Positions 26,561-41,600 of a stretch of 64,000 nt of DNA are shown in pieces (position 1 is the first letter of the stretch; each line of letters begins with the position of its first letter). Both the position numbers and the translations under genes were made by a program. The notes beneath the pieces were generated by a model. The model saw only the letters and a program-made list of their open reading frames with translations. It made no database searches and was not told the DNA's origin. Source of the stretch: Octopus bimaculoides (Eukaryota); NCBI RefSeq assembly GCF_001194135.2, contig NC_068992.1, positions 63,835,456-63,899,455 of the forward strand. The letters run 5' to 3'.

Positions 26561-27797
26561 TTAAATGGAAGACAATAAATATGTCAAATGGTGAAAATGG
26601 TTATGTTTTGTACTGAAGAACACCAGAAGACAGGAGCTTCCATAGCTTAGTTGGGCATCATCACCTTGTCGCAGATGTTGTACACATCAATTTCAAGTTT
26701 TGCATTTCATCAAAGTTAAGTGAATATGTCATCTGAGGATCTAATTGTGCAATGTTTGCTCCGATAGGCTAAAAGAACTACAGTAAAGTTAGCACAATTC
26801 TGGCAAGAATAGAACTTCAGCAGCAATGAGACTCTGAACTTTTTTTTTGTCTTACTCATTCATGAAAATATCCCAGCATTCAACAGCATGCAGTCCATTT
26901 GGTGAAAATGGGCAGTGGGTTTATTTTAGTCAAGCAACTACTGCATGTCACATTATTGGTCTTCCTCAACTTGCACAAAGTCAGGATGCACAGCACTTAC
27001 AATTTTTTTCAAACTGTTCCTGTATGATCCTTTTGCAAAAAGATTGGAGGGAACCTGTAGAAGAGGTAGACCCAGGAAAATATGGGATGAGGTGGTGAAG
27101 TATAATCTTTAGTTGTTGAGTCTCACAATGGTGATGTCAAGCAACTGAGACCTTTGGCAATTTGATGTGCTTGAGAGGACACACCAAGTTAACTGAAATC
27201 ATTGTTGTGGCCAGTGCTAGTGACATGTAAAAGGCAACTGTGCTGGTGACACATATAAGGCACCCTCTACACTCAATGGAGTGGTTGGTATTAGGAAGAG
27301 CATCCAGCCATAGGAACCAAGCCAAAACAGATTGGAGCCTGTGGCAGCTCTCCACCTTACCAAGTTTCAGTCAAACCGTCCAACCCATGCCAGCATGGAA
27401 AACAGATGCTAAAAGATGATGATATTGATTGTTTTTCCATCAGGATCTGTCCTACAATATATAAGGAACAAACTTGTGGAGACAAAAAAAAGTGTAGTAC
27501 TCCTGTTAAAAGCTACCTGACATGAGTTTTGACAGTGCTGTTGGAAGAAATTATAATGTACATGCATGTCAACATGAATGCTTCTTCCTTTAACTTCTCT
27601 AGAGAGAGCAAAGTCCAAGTTCATTTCAAAGTCTTTGAATAGGAAATGGCAAATTTTGCACCGCTTACAAATAGACATGCTTTATATTTGAACTGCAGGA
27701 GAAAGATTTATAGCCAAATATATTCACACATGTATAGACACACACTAACCTATATATATATTTATTGGCTAAACTGGCAATATGACCATCCCCAAGT

Positions 27798-27863
<66 letters not shown>

Positions 27864-27867
<4 letters not shown>

Positions 27868-28090
27868 TGCGATGAATAAACTGTCATCTAAAGCAAAAAT
27901 GAAAGTAATATTGGCATCTCATTTTAACAGATATATTTACCAAAGCTATGTAAAAATATCTTGAAATATTAAAGAGTAAATTTAAGTTGGTGAATGCTGC
28001 CATAATCCTTGCCTTCAGCTCATCTTCGATGTTACAGGAATTTTGTTGGTCTCTCGCTCCACTGCACCCCACACATAATAATGCTCTGTT
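27864..28090 (-). mobile_element. Tc1-like transposon 3' end relic
   Basis: ...DQQNSCNIEDELKARIMAAFTNLN (Tc1 C-terminal region), ending in a degenerate terminus next to (TA)n. Confidence 0.7.
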
Positions 28091-28610
28091 TCCCCCTAAC
28101 TTTCTGAAAAATGAATGTGTTTTTTCAATGAAATTTTCTGCAAACACATTCCAGGTGGTGTAGATTAAGATTATATTGGAATTTAAAGTTTAAAATAACA
28201 AAAAAAGAAAAATGTGGGCGTGCATACACACAGATACTTAATCTTTTTCAAAAGTTCAAATTTCATTTCGTACATAATAGCGTAATGTGCGCCTGAATGT
28301 GTGCGTGTCCACCAGTTCTTCTTTTTGCATTAAATTCAAACGTAATCGGAATTTACACCATCTGAAAGGTATTTACCTTTTGTTTTTTTACTTGTTTCAG
28401 TTATTAGTTGAACGAATCAGTCCCAGTGCTTTTTACAGAATTGCTAAATTACGGGGACGTAAACACGTCAACACCGGTTGTCAAGCAGTGGTGGGGGGGG
28501 GACAAACTTCTTACCACATGTAGAAAATTCCATTAAAGAAATATCCATTTTTCTGAAAGTTATGAGGGGACAGTCAATGGGTGGGGACGACACACATGTG
28601 TAAGTAGGCC
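28090..28610. mobile_element. Second copy of the foldback family, adjoining the Tc1 relic
   Basis: TAACTTTCTGAAAAATG...ATGAAATTTTC...GGTGTAGATT on the left; AATTTACACCATCT...GAAAGTTATGAGG...CACACATGTG on the right. Confidence 0.6.
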
Positions 28611-29069
28611 ACCTTGTGTGTTGTGTGTGTGTGTGTGTGTACATATAGGATGTTTATGTCGTAGGGTGACGAGATCAGGTCTGACTTGGTGCTATTATGC
28701 AATAACAAGAGCAATAATCATTATCGTAAGATCGAATACTTGAACGCTGGTTAATAATGTTCGTCGAACAATAAAAACGAGCAGCCGTAGTTAAATATCT
28801 GTCGATCGGCCTCGCCCATGTCATTTCTGTGTTGTCTAGGATAGGTAAGGTCATTTATCATGCTCGGTAGTCCTATACGTGTGTGTGTGTGTGTGTGTGC
28901 GTGTGTGTGGAGAAAGAAAATGAAAGAGAGAACCATTGTGTGTGTATGAGATTTTCTTTTTCTTTTTTTATAAAGAAACACAGTTGTACCCCTGGAATTT
29001 ACATGGCAACAACAGTAAGTAGTTATAGGGACAAATTTTAAACAAGTCTTTATCTCTCTCTCTCTCTCT

Positions 29070-29112
<43 letters not shown>

Positions 29113-30932
29113 CACGTACACATATAACTCACGCACAAATTTGGCAAATGAAAATACATATATGTACGCATACATACACATATACACACCCGTATGTATG
29201 TGTATAAAGTGTGACAAAAGAAAACACGTATACATACATGCGTATATATACTCACACACATGCACTAGACGTATTAAAAAAGAGAGAAAAGAACAAGTTT
29301 GGTGTCACATAACTGCCACTGTTTAAAGACAGCCCACACAAGCTGTTCCGGAAGTTTGGTAGAAAGGGCAAGATGTGGTTCCACTCAACAATATCGTAAT
29401 TATTAGCCAATTTATTATGTATAATAATGTGTGTGTATATGTATGTATGTATGTATGTATATATAAAATCGAACTCTTAATTCCAGCTCCTAATACTTAA
29501 ATAGTTTATCAATAACCAACCAATGTATTGCTATATGTAGGAGTGTGTTACGTGTATATATATCTATATATATTGTTAAATACTGTTGAACTAAACTACT
29601 ATCTCCTATTACATACTGTTGAACGTGTAATTGCATATATGTGTGTGTATTATTAGCTGTGTGATTGAATCAAAATGCTTAAGTGTCGTGCCAGAGCACG
29701 ACGAGTAAACTCTGTAAGTGCTTTGATGCGAAACTTAGCTCCTTCAGCTACTTATGTAGTCTCGCAGCTAATTAATAAGAAATAATTACACACACACACA
29801 CACACGTGCGCGCGCGCACAACGCGGACTTTCGACATTACACTTTGTCATTGATTACTATGTGGACTGGTAGCCGAGTCCGTAAGCGGAGCTTTCTGTGA
29901 TGATCGCACGGTTCTCTGAATCCACGTTTTATGCTATATACATATATGGCGATCCCCCTATATATATATATATATACACACACACACATATACGTATCAA
30001 TGTACATACATACACACAATTTTATAAACGGGAAAACAGAACTCAGTATGTCTCTGTGTACAGATTTACATGTGCATATGTGTATGCGTAATTATGTGTG
30101 TGTATCTATGTGTGTATAATGTACACATAACCTGTCTTTAATTTATAACTTATACGATAAAACAAGGAGCCTCTATGTTGTAGTTCGATGTGCTAGAAAC
30201 AGCTGCAAATTCTAACTGAAATCCCTCAAAATGATACTTGACCGTTTTAAAAAGGTCACATTAGGCAGTGTAGTCTTAAGTATACAAAAACACTGGATAG
30301 TCACGGCTGGTACGTCTTTCGATTTTGGATTCACTCCCCTCATGACTGACCTGGGGCTAAACAGAAATTACATAACGATTGCAGGAAATCTCGACCGAAC
30401 GAGCTTCCTCGTATGGTCGCTCGCTCGACCTGTTAGGAATAGCAGCCAGATCCCCCTCATTACACAACAGTTCGAGGTCGGAGTTGGAACGTTTTCGAGT
30501 AGGGCTTACATAAGGACTTGTTTTCTTTGAATATATATGTATGAATGTTTGTGTATGCACGTATATGTAACCTGTGAGATTATATATACGTGTGTGTGTG
30601 TCTGTCTGTCTTGTAAAGCGTTTATTTACAAACTATTTCGCTGTCATCTCTATGACGAGGTTTCAATATATGATTGGGTCGATGACGACGTGACGAAATT
30701 ATTTGTGAAAAAAAAAATGCCAGTGTCTGATGTGAACACGTGTAATGTTATATAACCCTAGGTCAGTTCTGATTCACCCGATCTTATGATCGATAAAAAT
30801 CGTTCTTATCACGCTTGACTGCCCCAATCATTTTACCTTTTTTAAAAAAGAAAAAAAAAACGCCTTGGCTATTTCCGCCCCTCTGAAGCTATAAAATGCG
30901 ATTTAAGGTAATTTTTCTGCGAACACTTGGAG

Positions 30933-31047
30933 CAGGTATGGGCAACCTTTTTCGAAGAACGGGCTGCATGTTCATCATCAGGTGGTAATTTTTTTCATTA
31001 GATGGGCCATTCAGAAAGTCCCGCGGGCCGCTGGTTGCCTATAGCTC
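30933..31047. mobile_element. Short hAT-like MITE
   Basis: CAGGTATGGGCAACC...GGTTGCCTATAGCTC imperfect TIRs. Similar hAT-type ends at ~1555-1592 and ~58492-58512. Confidence 0.45.
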
Positions 31048-32759
31048 ATTTAGNNNNNNNNNNNNNNNNNNNNNNNNNNNNNNNNNNNNNNNNNNNNNNN
31101 NNNNNNNNNNNNNNNNNNNNNNNNNNNNNNNNNNNNNNNNNNNNNNNNNNNNNNNNNNNNNNNNNNNNNNNNNNNNNNNNNNNNNNNNNNNNNNNNNNNN
31201 NNNNNNNNNNNNNNNNNNNNNNNNNNNNNNNNNNNNNNNNNNNNNNNNNNNNNNNNNNNNNNNNNNNNNNNNNNNNNNNNNNNNNNNNNNNNNNNNNNNN
31301 NNNNNNNNNNNNNNNNNNNNNNNNNNNNNNNNNNNNNNNNNNNNNNNNNNNNNNNNNNNNNNNNNNNNNNNNNNNNNNNNNNNNNNNNNNNNNNNNNNNN
31401 NNNNNNNNNNNNNNNNNNNNNNNNNNNNNNNNNNNNNNNNNNNNNNNNNNNNNNNNNNNNNNNNNNNNNNNNNNNNNNNNNNNNNNNNNNNNNNNNNNNN
31501 NNNNNNNNNNNNNNNNNNNNNNNNNNNNNNNNNNNNNNNNNNNNNNNNNNNNNNNNNNNNNNNNNNNNNNNNNNNGTTTTTGGTGTTATACGAACTTATC
31601 GAGTTTTGCAAATATTTTCTTGTTTGTTCTCAAGTTGTGTCCGACTTTCGATATTATCTTTTTTTTTTGTTTTTTTTTTAAATCTTGTTTCAGTTATTGG
31701 ACTGTGGCCATGCTAGGACACTTTCCTTGAAAAGTTTAGTTGAACAAATCGATATAGAATTTTAATTTTTTTTTTTTTTTAAGCCTGACTACTTATTCTG
31801 TCAGGCTCTTTTTGCCGAACCACTAAGTCACGGAGACGTAAACAAACCAACATCGGTTGTCAAGCGGCGGTAGTAGTGGTGGACCCACACACACAGAATA
31901 GGTTTCTTTCAGTTTCTGTCTACCAAATCTCACAAGACTTTGGCCATACTGGAGCTATTGTAGAAGACTCTTTCCTAGGTGCTGCGCTGCACAGTGGGAC
32001 TGAACCCAAGACCACATGCTTGGGAAGCAAGTTTCTTAACCTCACAGCCACGCCTATATCCATTCTTCACAAACGTCTGGTGCAAATCCATTGTTGACAT
32101 CTCGCTCGCTGCTTTTACATTCGTCTATCGACCTTTTCATCATGAACCATCATTTTTCTTCCATCCCCCTCCCCCTGAACATGATATTCTTTCCCAACCA
32201 CATAGTTCCAGGTTCAGTCCCACTGCATAGTACCTTGGGCAAGTGTCTTCTAGTGTAGCCCTGTGTCTATTTGTTTGTCACCGCTTGACAACCGGTGCTG
32301 GTTTGTTTACGTCCATATAACTTAGCAGTTCAGCAAAAGGAACTGAGGGACTAGGTATCAGACTTTAAAAAAACAAAATAAGCACCAGGGTCGATTTGTT
32401 TGACTAAATAAATCCTTCAAGATAGTGTTCCAGTATGGCCACAGCCCAGTGACAGAAACAAGTAAGAGCAAAATGGGAACCACTTGCCTTCTTAATGTTT
32501 CCAAAGACTTCTTTCAATCTTCGACAATCGGTCACCCCTGGTTGCACATACTTTGATCTATTTGTTGTTCTTCTTCTTCTTTCTGTCGGTGATATTCTCA
32601 ATGATCTTCTCGAGCACCTTCTTTTGAATCTTTATCTTGTTTCAGTCATTTGACTGTCACCATGCTGGGGCACTTCTTGAAGGGTTTTTTGAACACATTG
32701 CCTTCGCCATCTCCCAGGGCTCATTTTTATAAGTCTAGTACTTATTCCTAGCGATTTCT

Positions 32760-33250
32760 TTGTGAACAGGAATGAGAGAAAAAACTAACAACCAAAATGG
32801 ATAGATGAATGTTGAGGTGGTTTGGTCACATGGAGAGAATGGATGAGGAGGGTGATGAAGGCTGAAGTGGTCAGCAGCAGAACCAGAGGCAGACCTCGGT
32901 TTGTGTGGATGGATTGAGTGAGGAAAGCTTTGGTGGTTAGAGATGTTGGAGTGAGATAGAGGCAAGAGAGTTTATAAATGATAGGAAAGCTTGGAGAGTG
33001 TTTGTGGATGGATGAGTGACTTTGATGTTGCTCAAAGGGGTACGGAACCAGCATGGTGCATTGGGGGTAAAACAGCATAAGCCGTCGGGCCCCGCTGCTG
33101 ATATTATGGGTTGCGTTCTATGCCTTAACCTGAGCATATGACAGGGATCACCTCTTTGAGCAAGGAAATTAATGGAATACCTGGTGTGTGCCTTGTTGTG
33201 GTTACCCCCCCCCCTAAAAAAATGGGGGATAAGCCTGGATATAAAGAAGA
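32760..33250 (+). mobile_element. RTE-like LINE 3' end relic
   Basis: Frameshifted LRWFGHMERMDEE...SRTRGRPRFVWMD-like text followed by non-coding tail. Confidence 0.55.
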
Positions 33251-35561
33251 AATTCTTTGCTGAACTGTAAGTTATGGGGGATATAAACACACCAACACCA
33301 GTTGTCAAGCAGTGTTGGAAGACAGACAGACAAACACACACAATGGGCTTCGTTCACTTTCCTTCTACCAAATCCACTCACAAGGCTCTGGTTGGCATGG
33401 GGCTATGCCAGAAGACACTTTCCCAAGGTGCCGCACAGTGGAACTGATCCCGGAACCGTGTGGTTATTATCTTGTCAGAGTTTCGCTTCAGATCGTGACC
33501 CCCCCCCCTCCTTATCATAGCTTTTTTTTTCATATATATTTATAAATGTGTGTGTGTGTGTGTGTGGATGTATCCATGTATATATGTGAAGACGTGTGGC
33601 CTAGTGGTTAGGCTGGTACATTCACAATCGTGAGATCATAGGTTTGATTCCTAGACCAGGTGGTGCATTGTGACCTTAATCAAAACACTTAATTTCATGT
33701 TGCTTTAGTCCCCCCCCCCCACATTCAATCAGCTTGCATGGTGGTGTCATTTGAAGGTTAAAATGATGCAAAGTGCATTGTGGCCAGCAATGTGTAACAA
33801 CATCTGATAGTCTGGTTGGTCACGTCACATCACACACATGCTGATCTATAACCTGACCTGCCATCAGAATGGTCACCATTCTTCCCTCCCCTCCCCACCT
33901 TGTTTATCTCTTCTGCTCACACCTAATTGGGCTAGAGTAAAGCATGGCATCGTTTTTACATCCATAATATGATACTTTATCTGTCTTTGCATTATTGTGT
34001 GACATGTGAAGTTGTCAATAATTTGCATGATGGGTAAACTGTATATATTTAGAGCTTTAATATCTTTTTTAAACTTAAGGCAGCGAGCTGGCAGAAACGT
34101 TAGCACGCCGGGCGAAATGCTTACTGGTATTTCATCTGTCTTTACATTCTGAGTTCAAATTCCGTCGAGGTCAACTTTGCCTTTCATCCTTTCAGGGTCG
34201 ATTTAAATAAGTACCAGTTACGCACTGGAGTCGATATAATCGACTTAATCTGTTTGTCTGTCCTTGTTTGTCCCCTCTGTGTGTAGCCCCTTGTGGGCAG
34301 TAAAGAAATAAGAAACTTTAGCATGCCAAGCGAAATGCTTAGCAGTATTTTGTCTGTCTTTACGTTCTGAGTTCGAATTCTGCCAATACTTCTGGAGCAC
34401 TGCCTTTAGTCAAACTAATCAACCCCAGGGCTTATTTTTTGTAAGCCTTGTACTTATTCTATTGGTCTCTTTTGCCAAGCAGCTAAGTTATGGGCATATA
34501 AACACACCAGCATTGGTTGTCAAGCAATGGTGCAGGGAACAAACACTGACACATAAATATATACATATATATATATATGACGGGCTTATTTCAGTTCCAC
34601 CTACCAAATCTATTCACAAGGCTTTGGTTGGCCCGAGGCTATAGCAGAAGACACTTGCCCAAGGTACCACGCAGTGGGACTGAACTTGGAACCATGTGGT
34701 TGGGAAGCAATCTTCTTACCACATAGCCACTCCTGCACCTATATATATTGATTTTCTTAATGAATAGTGCTTATAATTGTTCCCTTAGATAAAAGAAAGC
34801 TGTTCCAATCAATCAAAACATCGTGATTGATAAAGAGTAAACAAACACCTTGGGTAGGGGTGAGCATGAATTTTCCTCAGCTCAAAAGTCATATAGGAAG
34901 AAGGTTGGTTTTGCTGATGCAGCATAAAGTGTTTTAATGCTTGTAAGCAAAAGAATTGTGCCAGTCACAGCTTCTTATATCCCAGCAACTTGATGCACGT
35001 CTTAGAAGATTAAGTTTCAAATGTTTTTTTTCGGTTTGACTTTTTGTCTATTCCAATACATTCGTGTGTGTGTCACTTTTGCATCTATTTTGTGATGTTA
35101 TGGGTTGGTCCCACTTTATCTGGCAGACCAACAGAGAATATAGTCTATCTTATTGGGTAGGTTAGGTCTTTTTGGCATGCATGCACACACACACACACAC
35201 ACACACACACTCTCACACATGCAAATGTGCATGTGTGCAGATGCATGCAGCCAAGTGACAAAGAAATGGGTTTTGTAAGCATGAGGTTTGTGAATTATGT
35301 GCATAGCATATTATTTACATTGTTCTAATTGAAGTGTCTTGTATAACATGAAGACTGTAACTAGCAGGACTTTATTTCAAGTCCTAAGTGCAGACGTGGT
35401 TAATAAGAGTCTGGTTTCATCTGTGGTTTCAGGTTTTGTCCCATTGCACAGCACTTTCAGCTAATGTCTTCTGCTGTAGCCCTGGACCAACTAAATGCTT
35501 GTAAGTGGATAGAAATTGAAAGAAGCTGATCATACATGTGTGTGTGTGTGTGTGACTGTGT

Positions 35562-35778
35562 ATTCGAGTGGGTGCTGAAAAGTTCCTGGCTTTGGATAAC
35601 AGTAAATGCAGGAGGATCTATTATGATTTCATTCAGCACATTTCTCTCACCTATTGACACACTTATTGCAGTGGCCCTTCAGTTTTTCTAAGCCCTGTTA
35701 AAGAACTTGGAATGCTGGGCCTCCAACCAGGGCTTTAGTAATACCTTTAAACCCAGGAACTTTTCAGCACCCCACCCC
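35562..35778. mobile_element. Mariner-type MITE
   Basis: Perfect 19-bp inverted repeat GGTGCTGAAAAGTTCCTGG (35571-35589) / CCAGGAACTTTTCAGCACC (35753-35771). Confidence 0.8.
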
Positions 35779-37599
35779 TTCCTCTGTGTGTATGTGTTTG
35801 TACCTTTGTCTAGACATCATATGATGGTTGTAAATGAGCATCCTTGTCATACAAGCAAAGTTGTTCATTTCCAGTCTTGTGTGAAAACTCTGTCTGACCA
35901 TTCGGAAATATTACCTTGCTTGGAAACAGGTGAGGGTTTGCAATAGGGAGAGCATCTGGCTGTACAAAATCTGCCTCATCAAATTCCATCTGACCCATGC
36001 AAACTTGGGACAGTGAACTATTGGTAGTTTTCGCTTTTATGCTCCCTATCTTATTTACTCCAGTCTCAAGATCCTTAGGCTTTTGACAGAGGTCTTCACC
36101 TTATTCCAGTCAACGTTTTGTTGGAAAAGTTTTGAGGTGTCTATCATAGCAGACATATTTATATCTGGGCACTTCCTTGACCATCTTGTCTGTCTGAATC
36201 AGCATGTCTCTGATTGATTCTACTCAGACTATTTTCTTGCTGTTCATGGACTCTGTTCACTATGTGTGTGTGTGTGTGTGTCTGTGTATACCACTTTTTA
36301 TTCACATTCATCTTAAAGTGTCCACATTATTGCCCACTGGATATGACTGCCAAGTCAATCACGTCTCTGAATGATCTTGGACTTGGTAAGGGCTAGGCAG
36401 CTGGGAATGATGCGAACGTCTTTCATTGTACTGACTGCGCAGTCAGCACCTAGCATGGCTCGACAGCAAAGCAAACCAGACTGAAAGCCAGCAATGGCTC
36501 AACCTCAGGGCTAAAAGCCTTCAAACAGGTACACTTGCACTCACCTACACACATGCTTGTCCTTACACTTTTGTTCACTCTTAACACATAAATTTGTACA
36601 CATACACATGTGCGTGTGTGCACACACACATATACACATCCACAACAATACCTACATACAGGAAATATATATCTTCTATACCCAGATCTTTGCAAACAAT
36701 TATCAATTTAATTTTCATTTCAGAAAATGTTTTGTGCTTTACTTATTTATATATAATAAATATATATATATATGTGTGTATGCGTGTGTGTTATACACAC
36801 ATGTATATGTATGTATATATATGTGTGTGTGTATGTATATGCACATGAATTAATTAAAACAAAAGCATTATATATATGTATGTATGTTTGTGTTTTATTG
36901 TTTCTTTTAGATGCTGTTTTTGTTTAATTTCTAATGTAATTTGAGCAACCAAATGAATATTTTAAGTCAGAGGCTAGGGAAGAATGAGGGCAAGTTTTGT
37001 TGTTGTTGTTATTAGTTGTTGTTGCTGCTGCTGCTTTTTTGAGGGATTATCTTCCCTTGAACCCTACATCCCTGCTGCCACTACACTAATTTGCTTTATC
37101 TAATTTCACTCATTGCGCTGCGACCATGCTGGGGCACCTCCTTTAGTGGTTATCGACTCAGTTATATCACCCCCACCCCCCTCTTCCCCTAGTACCTGAG
37201 TGTATGGTATTTATTGGGATCTAATTGTCAAACCTCTAGAGTTAAGGTCTGTCATACAGTGGGGTACAGTCTTATACGGAAGCACAAATACAGACATGGA
37301 CACATGCGTGTGTGTGTGTGTGTTTCTTGGACTTCTGCATAGTTTCCATCTACCAAATTCCATTTACAAAAATATCTTTCAGCCCAAAGCTATAGTAGAA
37401 GACAATAGATACACACACACACACAAGGTGGTGTCCAGTGGGATCAAAATTAGAACAATGTAGTTGTGAAGTGAATTTCTCATTCACCATATGACACACA
37501 CACACACACACACACACGCGTGCACGCACATACACACACACACACACACACCATCATTATCATCGTTTTAATTAATGTCCATCATTCCATACTTGCATA

Positions 37600-37760
37600 G
37601 ATCAGATGGAATTTGTTGGGACAGATTTTCTGTGGCTGGATGCCCTTCCTGTCACCAACCCGCTTCTGTTTCCAAGTAAGGTAATATTTCTCCATGGCCA
37701 GACATGTGATTTATGGAAGACTGGTTTACAATCATCATGTGATGTCAGGACATGGATATG

Positions 37761-37765
<5 letters not shown>
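37600..37765. mobile_element. Repeat family E (GATGGAATTTGTTG...GGATGCCCTTCCTGTCACCAACC), sharing the RTE tail motif
   Basis: Copies at 35810-36020, 41380-41645, 53870-54100 and 60160-60290. Confidence 0.65.
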
Positions 37766-37795
<30 letters not shown>

Positions 37796-38361
37796 CAAGC
37801 TTCTTTCAGTTTTTATCAACTAAATCCATTCACAAGACTTTGGTCAGCCCAGGGCTGTAGTAGAAGGGACTTGCCCAAGGTGCCATGTAGGACTGAACAT
37901 GAGACTATATGAAGACTCTTCTGAAGGTGGTGAGCTGGCAGAAACGTTAGCACACTGGGCGAAATGCTTTGTGGTATTTCATCTGTCTTTACATTCTGAG
38001 TTCAAATTCCACCAAGGTCAACTTTGCCTTTCATCCTCTTGGGGTCGATAAATTAAGTACCAGTTGTGTACTGGGGTTGATCTAATTGACTGAGCCCCTC
38101 CCAAAAAATTTTGGGTCTTGTGCCTCAAGTAGAAAAGAACATATATATATATATATATGTTGGGACAAGCGAAATCATGATGGCACCTGTGCCCAGTGTC
38201 GCCTTCCTGGCACTTGTGCTGGTGGCACGTGTAAAGACATTCAAGCAAGATCGTTGCCAGTGCCGCTGTACGTAAACAACATTACTTCTCGCTTCTACTA
38301 TGAGCTCTAAAAGGTCACAGGACATATCTAAATCTCTAGAATTAGGAGTATATTAATTTCT

Positions 38362-38662
38362 GTCTGTCTCTGTCTTTCTGTCTGTCTGTCTGCCTCCCTC
38401 TTTCTCTCTGCCTGTCTGTCCCTCTTTCTCTCTGCCTGTCTGTCTTTGTCTTTCTCTCTGTCTGTCTGCCTCCCTCCTTCTCTCTGTCTGCCTCCCTCTT
38501 TCTCTCTGCCTGTCTGTCCCTCTTTCTCTCTGCCTGTCTGTCTCTGTCTTTCTCTCTGTCTGTCTGCCTCCCTCCTTCTCTCTGTCTGTCTGCCTCCCTC
38601 TTTCTCTCTGTCTGTCTGTCCCTCTTTCTCTCTGCCTGTCTGTCCCTCTTTCTCTCTCTGAC
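38362..38662 (+). repeat. Compound CT/CTGT satellite (~24-bp higher-order unit)
   Basis: Repeats of TCTGCCTGTCTGTCCCTCTTTCTC and variants; explains the RQRE-rich spurious ORFs. Confidence 0.85.
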
Positions 38663-41600
38663 TGACTTCAAATAAATACCAATGTTAGACTGAAGAACTT
38701 TCAACTTTGACTTACTTGATGGGGGGGGGGGGAATGGCCAAATGGTCAAGACATTAAGTGCTGGGACTTGGGGAGCAAATGCTTTGTTTAGCATAGTGTC
38801 AGGTCATCGTCAGGTTGGGTGGATGGGAATTCTTAATGAAGGCCTGTGAAATAGAATGTACATGTTCTTGGGTAACAGATTAAATTCATTGCATGGTTTA
38901 ATGCCACCTGCTCCTTGGGCCCCCTTTTTAGCTGAATTCATTTTCTTACAAGCATGCAAACCAGGTCTCTGGTGTGAGGAAAACTTGATTTTGATATGCA
39001 CTGCTTCCTACTGCAGCCCCATACTATTAGAGGGTACTGCTTCTGATTGTGAAAACCCACAACCCCTGTGACCCCACAGCAAATCACGGCCCCCAACCTC
39101 AACCAATGACACACAATGTGACCTACAGCAACCCACAACCCCACGACAGTCCTTCAGCTTAAGACCGCCTCATCAGTATCAAAGACCCTGCATATAGTCA
39201 TAGCCACGACGCTTCCTCCTGTCACTGAACAGAAAATTATAATCCAAAACTGGTTTATAATATGTTCAGAGGTGCACAGCGTGGTGCTATTCAATGTAAG
39301 AAGCGCATGGGTTTTTTTTTTTTCATGTTGTCACTCTAATAAGTATTGTTTTGAAAGCTTTTTTAATCACATTTTTCATTTTTTTTTTTTTCCTCCTAAA
39401 ATATGTGTTCTTTCATCACCATTGTCGTTGTTATTATTTTGATGTCCACTTTTTCCATGCTGAAATAGGTTGAATGAGATTGAGTGAAGCAGTGTACTCT
39501 AGCTGGTTGTTCTTCCTCTTGTCAGCCTTTTTTTTTTTTGTCCTTTATTTATATTTTTTGGTCTTTTTACGGGCTTCAGTCATTGGACTGCAGTCATGTT
39601 GGGGCTTTAGTGGCCAATATTGCACCTTTTACACTATCTTCCCTGATGATTTGTTTTCAGTCATGAAGGAGTAGCCAAACATTTTGGAAATGTTGATAGA
39701 AGGTTGGTGCAAAGGTTTTCCTATAAATTCTATGAGCAATATACTTCAGACTTTAAGAATAGAATTCTTGAGAACCAGAAATGAAATGAAAAGTGTAAGC
39801 TTGAAGCATGTGTTATCACACGTGTTATTCACAAAGATTTTTAAACAGAAGAATATAAGGATGTGCATTGTTTTCAAACTTTCATTTCATATTTCAAAAA
39901 ATATTCAAACAATTGATATTTCAGAAGAAAATCTGGCTTGGTTTACCAGCTGATGTTTGGAAATGAATAGCTCTGAATCAGTCTTTCAGTTATAATGCAT
40001 TAAATATACTCTATATTTGGTAATTCAACAACATATATATTACACTCTCAGAGTGGTTGGCGTTAAGAATGGCATCCAGCTGTAGAAACCATGCCAAATC
40101 AGACTGGAGTCTAGTGCAGCCTTTCAGCTTACCAGCCCTGGTCAAACCATCCAACCCATGCCAGCATGGACAACGGATGCTAAATGATGATGATGATATA
40201 TAGAAATATCACGTAATTGGATGGCTGTTCACTCTTCTAAGTTCTTGTGCTCTTTTCCATCCTGCAGGAGGCTTAATACCCACCCTGTTCACCTTATTGG
40301 CTTGGTGGTGTTGTCGCTTTTGTTGCCATCAGCTGAACTGTGCAACAGATTGTATTGGGTTACATGTTACCAGTGGCACTCAACAGCACCTTTCCTATCT
40401 TGCGGGTTATTTGGCAATCTCACTTGTGTAAGGGGCACTTTTGATCCCCATTTCTGTCAAGTAGTTGGTTACCAGGATGGAATTGTGACAAGCAATTTTT
40501 AGTTGGCCCTAACAAGCAGTTTTTAGTAGGGTATGTTCAGAGTGTTGTTACTGTTGTTTCCTTCAATCGAGAATTAAAGTGTTGGCAGGTCAACTTATTA
40601 GATGTATGAAAATGATATGCTAAAATTACAATAACGTCGGACAATTGTTACTGCTTCTCCTAAAAAAAAAAAGAATTGTCAATACCTCTTATTTGATCAT
40701 AGGTCTCCATTTATTCTGAGGTTAAATAATAACATGGTCTTGGACATAAACCAAGGAGAGCTCTTTGAATTTCATTATTAGAAGACTGCCCTTGTAGTAG
40801 ATAAATGTTCTGCTAAGCAACATCCTGCCATGTCTAATTAGGAACCGTGTTTAGAGCCTGAACCATAACGCGCTCAAAACGAGACAGCCTAGAATACCAA
40901 GTTACAACCAACTAGCAAAAGTGCATTGAAAGTGTGCATCTGGACATTGCATATTCATAAATCTCTAATATGAGATTTATTCCCTCCTACTGTCTGTTTG
41001 CCTGTCTGTCTTCATGAAGAAAATAATTTATGGCAAAACTGATCTAAGTTATATCTTTGAAACAAAAAAGGTTGCAGCTATATGATACATTGCAAATACT
41101 GGGGCCATTCTGAATCTATACAGGCAGGCATGACTGTATGGTTAAAAAGTCACTTCACAAGCATGTAGTTTTGGGTTCCATTTCACTGCATAGTACTTTG
41201 GGCATATTTCTTCTATTACAGCCCCTAAAGCCTTGTAAGTGGATTTGGTTGTTGGAAACTAAAAAAAAAAAAAATAAATAAATGGTGTGTGTGTGTTAGG
41301 AATTTTGTATTTCCTTCTTGTCTCCATGTGAGTTTCACTTGACAGTTGTCACCAATGGCTTCATTAAGTGTCAGCTGCTTGCAGTCCACTACAAAAGCAT
41401 ATCCAGGGTTTCTTGACATGTTGCACAATCTTTGTAAACAAAAGGCTTGTTTCAGTGTCATTTGTTTCCACTTCTCCACATAACCATGTCCAGGCTGTTT
41501 GTTGTTTGATAGACTGGGAGATTACTATATCACTGGGAAACGGGTGGGTGCTGGTGACAGGAAAGGAATCTGTTATTAGAAAACTTTGCACTAACATGCA

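Noticed and set aside
30357-30560. Minus-strand ORF KKTSPYVSPTRKRSNSDLELL...
   Set aside because: Overlaps a dispersed repeat (CTGTTAGGAATAGCAGCCAGATC, related to 30166-30212, 13285-13320 and 17380-17395); no splice support.
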